A stretch of DNA of 32,000 nucleotides, from positions 30,001-62,000 of the forward strand of contig JAUYHT010000008.1 of the NCBI GenBank assembly GCA_030688545.1. Reading direction: 5' to 3'. The DNA comes from Candidatus Iainarchaeum sp. (GTDB lineage Archaea > Iainarchaeota > Iainarchaeia > Iainarchaeales > VGJJ01). Numbering within the stretch: position 1 is the first letter of the stretch; each line of letters begins with the position of its first letter. Positions 8,677-16,876 of the stretch are shown one piece after another. The translations under genes were made by a program, and so were the position numbers. Below the pieces are notes generated by a model, which did not search any database, was not told the DNA's origin, and saw nothing but the letters and a program-made list of their open reading frames with translations.

Positions 8677-9423
8677 TTATGCCGTTTCAATCCGCGGCGC
8701 GAGGAAATAGCGCAGTTTGGCTTCACCAATAGGATAGTTTAATTCGACGGGGGCATTCTCCTTGATCTTCACCACCACATCCGTGTCGGAGGCGGCCGCC
8801 TTGAGCATGTCGCTCAAATAATCCAATGGGAACATGGATCGGCACTCCTTTTTCACACTCAAATCGGGCAGGCTTACAGAGTCCTTTTTGGTTTCATTGA
8901 ACAACTCTCCCTTTGAGGAAACCGCTTTCACGAAAAAGGCATCAATGCGCGCCCCCAACGTCAAATGGGTGGAGAGCAAACCCGCGTCCTTTAACGCGTC
9001 CTGCAACACCCCCGCTTTCACCTTCACGGTGGCGTCGAATTCTATTTTAGGGTTGGGCAATTCCCCTGAGGAAATATCGATAAGTGGGACTGAAAAGGTG
9101 CGCGTGGAGGAACCCCGGAAGGTGATGGATAACTTGGAGGAATCCTCATCCAGTTTCAATGCCACCTCATCCGTAGGTTTGGCGCGGGCCATCACTTGGT
9201 TGAGGTAATCCATATCCAGACCTAACCGGATGGTGTTTTCCACATCAAATGTTTTGAAGGCCTTTTTATCGTACTCGAAATCCACCATGGCAATTTGGGA
9301 GGGGTCCGTGGCTTTGAGGCTCAATCCTTTTTGGGATACCTCGAATTCGGCCTCATCGATCAAAACGGCAATCGCATCCACGCTCCGCTTAAGGACCTCG
9401 GCGCGCTCCAAAACCAAATGCAT
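8677..9423 (-). CDS. pcn: DNA polymerase sliding clamp PCNA, paralog B
   Basis: LKRSVDAIAVL, LKATDPSQIAMVD, RTFSVPLIDIS, LQDALKDAGLL, MFPLDYLSDMLK, C-terminal YFLAPRIE. The first ATG is at 9423; the track start at 9432 is a GTG. Confidence 0.9.
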   Translation of the reverse strand: MHLVLERAEVLKRSVDAIAVLIDEAEFEVSQKGLSLKATDPSQIAMVDFEYDKKAFKTFDVENTIRLGLDMDYLNQVMARAKPTDEVALKLDEDSSKLSITFRGSSTRTFSVPLIDISSGELPNPKIEFDATVKVKAGVLQDALKDAGLLSTHLTLGARIDAFFVKAVSSKGELFNETKKDSVSLPDLSVKKECRSMFPLDYLSDMLKAAASDTDVVVKIKENAPVELNYPIGEAKLRYFLAPRIETA

Positions 9424-9492
9424 GCTACCCACCCCCAGTGATACCTAGGCTTATGTCCCCCAGGATTTAAAGTTTAACCGAAAAAAAGGAGG

Positions 9493-10221
9493 TTATTGGT
9501 CAAACAGGAGCAATTTCACATACCCCACATAGGGGATCCAGAACAAGGCTTTCCCATTGACTTTGTCCTCGGGAATGGGATAGGGAGAAGGACAAGGCTT
9601 CTGGGTGACGATTTGGGGAATGGCAGTTCCGGGGATGGGAATGGATTCGACTTTGCCACAATCCTGATCCAGGGAGGGATTGTTATCCCCTTTGGTGAGG
9701 AAAAAGTAATCATCCCCCGACTTGATTTTGACGATGGCACGATGAATGATTTCCAGACCCCGGTGGTCCGAGACATACACAAGGATGTCGGTGTCCCCCC
9801 GGGAGGGAACCAGGATGGTTTGATTATTGGCCTTGAATGTTAATTTCCAATCCCCCCCCGCCACGCGCTCGAAATCCGCCAAATCTTCTAAAGAAGTTTG
9901 ACGCACGTCGACTGTATCTAACACCACGAGTGGTGCATTCACTGTTACACCTGAGATGCCCTGCAGAACAACCACATCCCCCCGCGCCATGGAAGGCAGC
10001 ATGCTTCCCGAGACTACAATAACGAGGGGGGTGGCGGTTTGGAGGAGAAAGCCGATGATGGAATAAATAGCGAAAGCGAAAAAGAAGGAGAATAGAAGGT
10101 AAATAATCCAATTGAATATTGAATTGTTCCACGGGTTAAGAATGGGAACCACATAATCGTCCACATACGTGAATGGGTCCAGTTTCTGCCAGAACGAGCG
10201 TTTGGGTTTGGGGGGAGGCAT
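9493..10221 (-). CDS. signal peptidase I, archaeal/ER (Sec11, S26B) type
   Basis: N-terminal TM segment. Catalytic-Ser box VSGSMLPSMARGDVVVL. His box IIHRAI. Conserved TKGDNNPSLD. Confidence 0.85.
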   Translation of the reverse strand: MPPPKPKRSFWQKLDPFTYVDDYVVPILNPWNNSIFNWIIYLLFSFFFAFAIYSIIGFLLQTATPLVIVVSGSMLPSMARGDVVVLQGISGVTVNAPLVVLDTVDVRQTSLEDLADFERVAGGDWKLTFKANNQTILVPSRGDTDILVYVSDHRGLEIIHRAIVKIKSGDDYFFLTKGDNNPSLDQDCGKVESIPIPGTAIPQIVTQKPCPSPYPIPEDKVNGKALFWIPYVGYVKLLLFDQ

Positions 10222-10243
10222 TGGGAATGGGGGTCAAAATGAG

Positions 10244-10251
10244 ATTATAAA
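10244..10251 (-). promoter_or_regulatory. TATA box (TTTATAAT on minus strand) for the signal peptidase / PCNA-B transcription unit
   Basis: The centre lies about 26 nt upstream of ATG 10221. Confidence 0.6.
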
Positions 10252-10389
10252 GGTGTGTTTGTGGATGGAATGGGTGATTAATATGATGCTGTTTTCCATC
10301 CGAAGCTGGCAACTTCAGTTGGTTACAACGTGTAACCGCCTCGCTTCTCTATTTCGCTAATTATTTCAAAGGATGAAAACAACCCACGT

Positions 10390-10671
10390 TTATTTCAGCG
10401 CTTTCGTAAAGGATTCCTTGAGCTCTTTCAAGTCTTCCTGGAGGCGCTTCACGGCATCGAGCAACACCTTTTTGGATTCCTTTTCTTTAGTGCGGAGGAT
10501 GAAATGGGAGTCCTGTCCCAAAGGGTGCTCGAGCTTGTAGGCCACGAATTCCACGTTGGGATCGTCCACGAGGTGGGCTTTCAATAGGTTGGCAAACGTG
10601 TGGGTTTCCCCGATGAGTTTGAACTCCACGTGATGGGCTTGCTTCTTCAGGAATTCGATCTCCATACTCAC
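10390..10671 (-). CDS. rpoL: DNA-directed RNA polymerase subunit L (Rpo11)
   Basis: 93 aa with the pattern VEFKLIGETHTFANLLKAHL...VEFVAYKLEHPL...ILRTKE, typical of RpoL/Rpb11. The start overlaps the csl4 stop (ATGA), which is the conserved csl4-rpoL linkage. Confidence 0.85.
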   Translation of the reverse strand: MSMEIEFLKKQAHHVEFKLIGETHTFANLLKAHLVDDPNVEFVAYKLEHPLGQDSHFILRTKEKESKKVLLDAVKRLQEDLKELKESFTKALK

Positions 10672-11192
10672 TCACTCCTTTTAGTCTCGGGAGGGGGAAG
10701 GATTTCCTCTCCCATGATGGTTGATTGCACAATCTGTTTCCGGGGCATGATAACCCCTAATCCTTCATCTGAAGTGGAAATCTCGATCGAATAGGGAGTG
10801 ACCCCTACCACTTTGGCGCGCACGAAATCGCCAATGGAAAAATAATCGCTCAGGGAACGGATGAATTCCTTGGACACTCGTGCAATATTCAATGCCGCCG
10901 AGGTATCCGTGAGGCGCTGGAGTTTCCCATCCTTTTCAGCGTATCCCAATGACAGGATAACCACTGCGTTCTTCACTAAGGATACCCGACCGATGACTAC
11001 TGAACCCACTTCAATCAAACGCTTTTGGCGGGGAGAAGGATACACATGAACCTCCCGCGCCTCCTCATCGAAGGCGGCGTCCCCCACACAAGTAGAGAAA
11101 ACGTTGCCTTCCTCATCCACATGGGTGTTGGCGCCGGGGGCATACTCCTCTTCTACTGTCAGAATCTCTCCAGGGAATGTGGGGTGTTGCAT
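10668..11192 (-). CDS. csl4: exosome RNA-binding subunit Csl4
   Basis: N-terminal domain FPGEILTVEEEYAPGANTHVDEEGNVFSTCVGDAAFD. S1 domain GSVVIGRVSLVKNAVVILSL ... IARVSKEFIRSLSDYFSIGDFVRAKVV. The C-terminal region lacks the usual Zn-ribbon cysteines. Start refined to ATG 11192 (M45 of the track ORF) using the TATA at 11217-11224. Confidence 0.8.
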   Translation of the reverse strand: MQHPTFPGEILTVEEEYAPGANTHVDEEGNVFSTCVGDAAFDEEAREVHVYPSPRQKRLIEVGSVVIGRVSLVKNAVVILSLGYAEKDGKLQRLTDTSAALNIARVSKEFIRSLSDYFSIGDFVRAKVVGVTPYSIEISTSDEGLGVIMPRKQIVQSTIMGEEILPPPETKRSE

Positions 11193-11216
11193 GAAAAAAA
11201 TCCTCTCAAGAGGGGG

Positions 11217-11224
11217 TGATAAAG
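11217..11224 (-). promoter_or_regulatory. TATA-like box (CTTTATCA on minus strand) for csl4-rpoL
   Basis: The centre lies about 28 nt upstream of ATG 11192. Confidence 0.45.
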
Positions 11225-11243
11225 CAAATCCGCCCGCAAATGG

Positions 11244-11251
11244 TTTATATA
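11244..11251 (+). promoter_or_regulatory. TATA box (TTTATATA) for the SpoIIM-like gene
   Basis: The centre lies about 26 nt upstream of ATG 11274. Confidence 0.65.
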
Positions 11252-11273
11252 CCCCAATGCCGGGGGTGGAAAT

Positions 11274-12215
11274 ATGGTCCTGGAAACCCTCCTTCCTTCT
11301 AACGTGGCCCGGGAACGACCGCATTACATGATGCTCATCGCCTTCCTTTTTGCTATCGTGGGGATGTGGCTCGCCTATTACGTGTTTCCGAATTCGGCCT
11401 CCATCCTGACGCTCGCCTTTATTGTAATCGCGGCCGAACCGGTTATCCGGAAAACATTAATGGATGAAGAGGATGAGGAAGCCAAAAAACCGGGGAGCGC
11501 GGCCACCTTCCTGGGAAGACACTTTGACCTAATCAAGATGTATTCCTGGTTTTTCCTGGGGCTGGTGTTGGCCTACATGACGTGGTACATCATTTTACCC
11601 TCCGGGGCGAATGGGGGTTGTTTAGCGGGCGAATACTGCGGGAACTTCCCCACCCAGGAAAGCGTGTTCGCGGAGCAGGAGCGGCAGCTGCAGGGCATCG
11701 GGCACTTGCGCTCGGAGCTCAGTGGGAATGTGGTGGCGACGACTGGGAACGTGGCCCAACTCCCACGCCCGGGGGACTTTTGGGGGGTGGCTGGATTTTT
11801 GTTCCAGAACAATGCCACGGTGTTGTTGCTGGCGGTGTTCTTCTCATTCCTCTTTGGGGAAGGCGCGCTCTTCCTCATTGGGTGGAACGCGAGCATCATC
11901 GGGACGGTGATGGGAAAGATTTCATCCGGGGTTATTCTCACGAGCACGACGAATGATATTTGGACCCTTTTTCATGCGTTGGGATATGGGATATACCAAG
12001 GCATTGGGTTCATCCCGCATGGGATTCCTGAGATTGGCGCTTATTACATTGGAGCGATTGCGGGAGGCATCATATCCGCGAGCATCGCCAAAGAAGCGTA
12101 CAAATCCCACGAGTTCCGCACCATCGCCAAAGACGCCGCCGCCCTCATCATTACCGCCATTTTGTTACTGGTAGTGGCCGCGCTCATTGAAAGCTGGTTG
12201 TGGATTGGGTTCTGA
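11274..12215 (+). CDS. SpoIIM-like (stage II sporulation protein M family) integral membrane protein
   Basis: N-terminus MVLETLLPSNVARERPHYMMLIAFLF. Later motifs FQNNATVLLLAVFFSFLFG ... GWNASIIG ... IPHGIPEIGAYYIGAIAG are characteristic of the family. Confidence 0.7.
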   Translation: MVLETLLPSNVARERPHYMMLIAFLFAIVGMWLAYYVFPNSASILTLAFIVIAAEPVIRKTLMDEEDEEAKKPGSAATFLGRHFDLIKMYSWFFLGLVLAYMTWYIILPSGANGGCLAGEYCGNFPTQESVFAEQERQLQGIGHLRSELSGNVVATTGNVAQLPRPGDFWGVAGFLFQNNATVLLLAVFFSFLFGEGALFLIGWNASIIGTVMGKISSGVILTSTTNDIWTLFHALGYGIYQGIGFIPHGIPEIGAYYIGAIAGGIISASIAKEAYKSHEFRTIAKDAAALIITAILLLVVAALIESWLWIGF

Positions 12216-12354
12216 AAAAGAAAAAACTGATTTCATCGTTTTAATCGATGGCCTTTGTTCTGTAAGGCTCTTCGCGTGCGTCGCCACTGGAATTGGGAAA
12301 ATATGATTCCAGTCCCCAATTATTAGAAAGGATCCATTCATTTATCTTTTTCAT

Positions 12355-13365
12355 TCATCTCTTTCGTTTGCGTTTGCTTTTACGCAAGCTCCGCTTGGGG
12401 GGGACTTTGGCTTCCTGCAGGAGGGTAAAGAATTTGGGGGCGTATTGCTCGAAGACCTCTTCCAACTGTTTCTTGGAATGGGTTTGGGTGGACTTGTTGG
12501 CCAAGGTCTGGATGAGACTGGTTAATTCCAGGGGAAGGATGAATTTGGTGGAAGCGCCCTGGCCTAATACTTCCAGGGCTTTGATATAGAAATAGGAAAG
12601 CGATTTGTCATCCAGGAGTTTGGCGGCCTCACGAATGGAATCGATTTCCGCCTGCATCCCCAGGGCGCGCTGGATTTGAGCTAATTTGGCCTGCTCGGCC
12701 GCGGCGCGGGATGAAAAAGCCTCCTCCACTTCTTTGGGAACCTCAATACTCTGGATCTCCACGCTTTCAACGGAAACCCCCCACGAGCGGGCTATCTGCT
12801 GGAGGTCTTTCTGGATCTCCGTATTGAGAGTCGCAATGTCCGAGATGAGCTCGGAGAGGAGCATGCCACCTGAAACATCCCTCAATTTGGCCTGCACGAA
12901 CTGCTGAGCCCCTTTCGCATAATCATCCACCTCGATCACTGAATTAATCACGGACTGATCGTCCTTCTTCACGAAAAGATAGATAACCGCATCCACCTTC
13001 ACCACGATGTTATCTTTAGTGATGATACTCTGAGGGGGCACATCCAATGTCTGCGTGCGGAGGTCCACGATCTTGAATGTCTCGAAGAGGGGGATAACCA
13101 AAGTCCACCCCGGCCCCCCGACGCGGCGCACCCTTCCCAAACGGTAAATGACCGCGCGCTCATATTCCTTGAGAGTAAGGAGGAAATCGTATTGGTTGAC
13201 CACGAGGAGGAAGAGGATGAGGAAACCCAGGATGAGAACCGCCTGGGCGAGGAAAGTGGCGTTGACCGCGACGAAATAGAGCGCCACCACCCCCACGATG
13301 AGCGCGCCAGCGAAAATGCCCTGCTTGACCTTGTAGGACTCCACCTTCCCCAAACGTTTACCCAT
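12355..13365 (-). CDS. SPFH/band-7 (stomatin-prohibitin) family membrane protein
   Basis: N-terminal TM segments followed by YERAVIYRLGRV..GPGWTLVIPLFETFKIVDLRTQTLDVPPQSIITKDNIVVKVDAVIY. Coiled-coil region and Lys/Arg-rich tail. Confidence 0.9.
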   Translation of the reverse strand: MGKRLGKVESYKVKQGIFAGALIVGVVALYFVAVNATFLAQAVLILGFLILFLLVVNQYDFLLTLKEYERAVIYRLGRVRRVGGPGWTLVIPLFETFKIVDLRTQTLDVPPQSIITKDNIVVKVDAVIYLFVKKDDQSVINSVIEVDDYAKGAQQFVQAKLRDVSGGMLLSELISDIATLNTEIQKDLQQIARSWGVSVESVEIQSIEVPKEVEEAFSSRAAAEQAKLAQIQRALGMQAEIDSIREAAKLLDDKSLSYFYIKALEVLGQGASTKFILPLELTSLIQTLANKSTQTHSKKQLEEVFEQYAPKFFTLLQEAKVPPKRSLRKSKRKRKR

Positions 13366-13387
13366 TGATCGTTGCTCCCTAAAAGGG

Positions 13388-13394
13388 GTAAAAT
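13388..13394 (-). promoter_or_regulatory. TATA-like element (ATTTTAC on minus strand) for the SPFH gene
   Basis: The centre lies about 26 nt upstream of ATG 13365. Confidence 0.4.
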
Positions 13395-13403
13395 CCCCAT
13401 AGG

Positions 13404-13411
13404 TTTAATAT
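13404..13411 (+). promoter_or_regulatory. TATA box (TTTAATAT) for the DUF373 gene
   Basis: The centre lies about 26 nt upstream of ATG 13434. Confidence 0.55.
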
Positions 13412-13433
13412 TTCCCTGCTTTTAAATGGTTTT

Positions 13434-14681
13434 ATGCCCGAACGCGCCATCGCCGTCATCTGCGTCGACCGGGACAACGATTTCGGCCGGAAAGCTGGGA
13501 TTAATGGTCCCATCATCGGACGGAAGGACAATTTGAGAGCGGCCGTGAAACTGGCCCTCGCCGACCCCACCGACAGCGATGCCAACTGCCTCTTCGCCGC
13601 CATTCAACGGTATGACGAGCTCAAGGAGAAATATGAACGCATCGAAATTGTAACATTCGTGGGAAGTAAAAAATTCGGGTTCGAGAGCGACGTGAAGATC
13701 AACGACCAATTGGATGAGTTCATGGAACAGTTCCACGCGGAACAATTCGTTTTAGTTACCGATGGGGCGGAGGATGATCAAATCATCCCCATCCTGCAGA
13801 GCCGGGCCCCCATTCTCTCCAAGCAAATTGTGATCGTGAAGCAGGCCCGGGAAGTGGAATCCACCTATTATACGATAAAAGAAGCCCTCAAGGATCCTTT
13901 CCTCGCGCGACTCGTTTTCGGGGCCCCGGGATTGGTTATTTTGCTTTACCTATTATCCCCCACCATTGGGTTACAATTGGTGGCCGGGTTGTTTGGGGTT
14001 TATTTGATACTCAAGGGGTTTGGGTTGGAAGAAAAGCTGCTCAGCGGGATTAAGGAAGTCGCGAGCTCCATCAACGCGCAACGGGTGAGCTTCCCCTTCT
14101 ATATAGGGGCGATACTCATCATCGCATTCGGAATATTCTCATCTGGGCCCCCGCTGTACCGCGCCTATTTGGAATACAACGCGGGAGAGTTAGTGGCATC
14201 TATGCAGAGCGCCTCAGTGGGAATGGATTTCGTGCTCCTGTTCGGGATGGTCACGGTGCTGGCTTATCTTGTTGGGAAAGGAGCGGATGCGGTGCAATTG
14301 AAGCGCGCGTATCTGCTGCGCACCTATTTGTTGACGGCCGTAGGGGTAATCATGGGAACCTTGTTGTTCGGCACCGCCAAAGGAGTATTGGTGGGAACCA
14401 CAACCCTGAACTGGTTTCTCGTCCTCCTGCCATTGACATTCCTCTTCTTCTTCGCGGTTTACAAGGTGACGAATGTCCTGGACATCCGGAAACGGGTGAC
14501 GCGGCTGCTCATCGGTTTGCCGGTGTACACCCCCACGGGAAAATGGGTGGGGAAGATAGAAAAGATTTCCAAAGACAAGGGAACGGCGGAATTCACCCTG
14601 AAGAAACAGAAAGTCACCCTTTCTCCGGAGGACTTCAACCTGAATAATGGAAAAGTTCTCCTGCGCCGGAATGTGCAGTGA
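13434..14681 (+). CDS. archaeal DUF373-family membrane protein
   Basis: The soluble N-terminal domain (AIAVICVDRDNDFGRKAGINGPIIGRKDNL...ALADPTDSDANCLF) matches my recollection of DUF373. It is followed by about 7 TM helices. Confidence 0.7.
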   Translation: MPERAIAVICVDRDNDFGRKAGINGPIIGRKDNLRAAVKLALADPTDSDANCLFAAIQRYDELKEKYERIEIVTFVGSKKFGFESDVKINDQLDEFMEQFHAEQFVLVTDGAEDDQIIPILQSRAPILSKQIVIVKQAREVESTYYTIKEALKDPFLARLVFGAPGLVILLYLLSPTIGLQLVAGLFGVYLILKGFGLEEKLLSGIKEVASSINAQRVSFPFYIGAILIIAFGIFSSGPPLYRAYLEYNAGELVASMQSASVGMDFVLLFGMVTVLAYLVGKGADAVQLKRAYLLRTYLLTAVGVIMGTLLFGTAKGVLVGTTTLNWFLVLLPLTFLFFFAVYKVTNVLDIRKRVTRLLIGLPVYTPTGKWVGKIEKISKDKGTAEFTLKKQKVTLSPEDFNLNNGKVLLRRNVQ

Positions 14682-14709
14682 TTCTTATTAATACAAATTT
14701 GAGTACAGA

Positions 14710-16680
14710 TCAAACCTTTGTTTTGGAGAGCAATTTTTCGATGGGTTTGTGCACATTGAAGGCGATGAGCTTGCCGAGCTGGCGGAGGAAAATAGTCGTT
14801 TTCGTCCCGCGCATGAACGCATGATCCAATACCTCCGCGAGCGTGGAAACGGGAATAATCACGATGCCATTCAACTCTTTCGTGGTCAACACCACATCCG
14901 CCGCATTGGCCTTGGGAATAATCACTTCCTTGAAACCCGCGCGGGCGGCCGCGTACACCTTGCTGGTGACCCCCCCCACGGGTAAAACCTCTCCCCGCAC
15001 ACTCAAACTGCCGGTCATGGCCAAATCTTGCTTGACGGGAATCCCTTCCAATGCGGAAATGACCGCCGTGGCCACTGATACGGAAGCGGAATCCCCTTCC
15101 ACCCCCTCATAGGTTTGGAGGAACTGGATATGGACATCGTGCTTGGAGATGTCTTTTCCTGAAAGTTTCTTGATGAGCGCGGAGACATTCTGCACGGCCT
15201 CTTTGGCTATGTCCCCCAATTTTCCCGTGGCAATCAATTTGCCCTCGGCACTGCTCTGGGCGGGTGCTATCTCCGCCTCGATGGGAAGGATAAGACCAGC
15301 GTCCCCATCCGCGGAAACCGCGAGGCCATTTACGCGCCCCACGGCGACCCCCACGGATTTATACACCTCGTAATCGCGCTTTTGTTCGAGCATATTGGAG
15401 ACCATCTGCTGCTCCAGGGTCCGCGCGGTGGTGCGGGCATCGTACACGTCCTCGGCCGACACTAATGGGTGTTGGCGCGCCTTAGCCAAATCCCCGGCGG
15501 CCCGGATGAGACCGCCTAAATCGCGGAGTTTCAATGTGAGTTTGCCCTTTCTCCCGGCGCGACGCTTGGCCTCGAACAAAATAATTTCCACCGCCCCCTT
15601 GGTGAAATGGGGGATCTTGCCATCCTTGGTCACTTCCTGGGCAACGAACTGGACGATACGCTTACGATTTTCCTGCGTATCATCCATATCGAGGTTCATG
15701 TAGACCTCGTAACCATATCCGCGAATGCGCGAACGTAAAGCGGGATGCACATTACGCAGAGCATCGTAATTACCTGCGGCCACCAGGACGAAATCACACG
15801 GCACGGGTTCAGTCCTCGACATGGCTCCAGATGACATTTCACTTTGACCCGTAATAGAATATTTTTTCTCCTGCATGGCCGTCAACAACTCCTGCTGGGA
15901 TTTGGGAGTGAGGGTGGCCACTTCATCCAGGAAAAGAACGCCCCCGGAAACGCGGTGGATCATCCCGGGTTCTACTCTCAAATGGGGTGGGGTGCCGAGG
16001 CCGCCTGACTGGAGAGGGTCATGACGTATGTCGCCAAGCAATGCCCCCGCCCGCGCGCCCGTTCCTTCGATAAAAGGAGCAATTTTTTTCCCGGAATGAT
16101 CTACCAACAATTTGGGGGTCTGCTTCACGGTGGGCCGGTTCATCTGCGCCCCCACGGCGACCGCGAAGATGAGGATACCCCCCAGGATGAGAGTGGCGGC
16201 ATATACGACATCGGGCATCCACCCTAACGTCCATACGATATACGAGAGGATAAACCATCCTAAAGGGAAGAGGAGGCTAAGGAGGCGGGTGTTGTCCTCT
16301 TGCTTCTGGGCCTCTAAACGGGTCTGGTGGAGGATCTGTTTCCCTTCCCCGGCGCGCACCACGCGTACTTTTGGAGTGTTGGGGTCCTCATCATTGGGAT
16401 AGATGAGGACGTCGTACAAGCGGGAGATGGGGAGGATTTCGGCCATGGCCTGGGCGAGCATACTTTTGCCTATGCCTGGAACTCCGATGAGGAGCACATT
16501 TCTTTTTTGGGCCGCGGCCTTGGTGATGATTTCCACTGCCTTGTCCTGGCCGATGACCTGGTTGACTAAAGAATTGGGAACGGGCACGTCTTCGGTGGAC
16601 TCGAAATCCATGGGGACATCCAATTTGCCCATCTCCGTGAGAGGAGAAACGACTGGGGGAATACTCTTTTTTCGGGGCAT
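14710..16680 (-). CDS. lonB: archaeal membrane-bound Lon protease LonB
   Basis: Walker [13 protein letters not shown]. Two TM helices inserted in the AAA+ module ([18 protein letters not shown] / [18 protein letters not shown]). Walker B VLFLDEV. C-terminal Lon protease domain ([19 protein letters not shown]). Confidence 0.95.
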   Translation of the reverse strand: MPRKKSIPPVVSPLTEMGKLDVPMDFESTEDVPVPNSLVNQVIGQDKAVEIITKAAAQKRNVLLIGVPGIGKSMLAQAMAEILPISRLYDVLIYPNDEDPNTPKVRVVRAGEGKQILHQTRLEAQKQEDNTRLLSLLFPLGWFILSYIVWTLGWMPDVVYAATLILGGILIFAVAVGAQMNRPTVKQTPKLLVDHSGKKIAPFIEGTGARAGALLGDIRHDPLQSGGLGTPPHLRVEPGMIHRVSGGVLFLDEVATLTPKSQQELLTAMQEKKYSITGQSEMSSGAMSRTEPVPCDFVLVAAGNYDALRNVHPALRSRIRGYGYEVYMNLDMDDTQENRKRIVQFVAQEVTKDGKIPHFTKGAVEIILFEAKRRAGRKGKLTLKLRDLGGLIRAAGDLAKARQHPLVSAEDVYDARTTARTLEQQMVSNMLEQKRDYEVYKSVGVAVGRVNGLAVSADGDAGLILPIEAEIAPAQSSAEGKLIATGKLGDIAKEAVQNVSALIKKLSGKDISKHDVHIQFLQTYEGVEGDSASVSVATAVISALEGIPVKQDLAMTGSLSVRGEVLPVGGVTSKVYAAARAGFKEVIIPKANAADVVLTTKELNGIVIIPVSTLAEVLDHAFMRGTKTTIFLRQLGKLIAFNVHKPIEKLLSKTKV

Positions 16681-16876
16681 AACGGAAAAGCCGACCTAAC
16701 CAAATAGGCCCCTGAGCGCTTATAAAGGGTGTGGAAATGAAACCCTGAACAACTAAAGGGCACAATACTGGGCGAGATTTCAACAACCAGTTTTTTGCGA
16801 AAAGGGAAAGAGGAAATGGTCGCACCCTATTTTCAATAAAAGATTTGATTGGCCTTTTTTTATAATAAAAGTCGAC

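Noticed and set aside
16681-16876. 196-bp gap between lonB and ORF341 examined for a tRNA or C/D sRNA (AAUGAAACCCUGA string, T6 run at about 16790)
   Set aside because: There is no cloverleaf and no canonical C/D/C'/D' arrangement. The content is adequately explained by T-rich terminator stretches for ORF341 plus a lonB TATA-like element (CTTTATAAG on the minus strand, 16719-16727).
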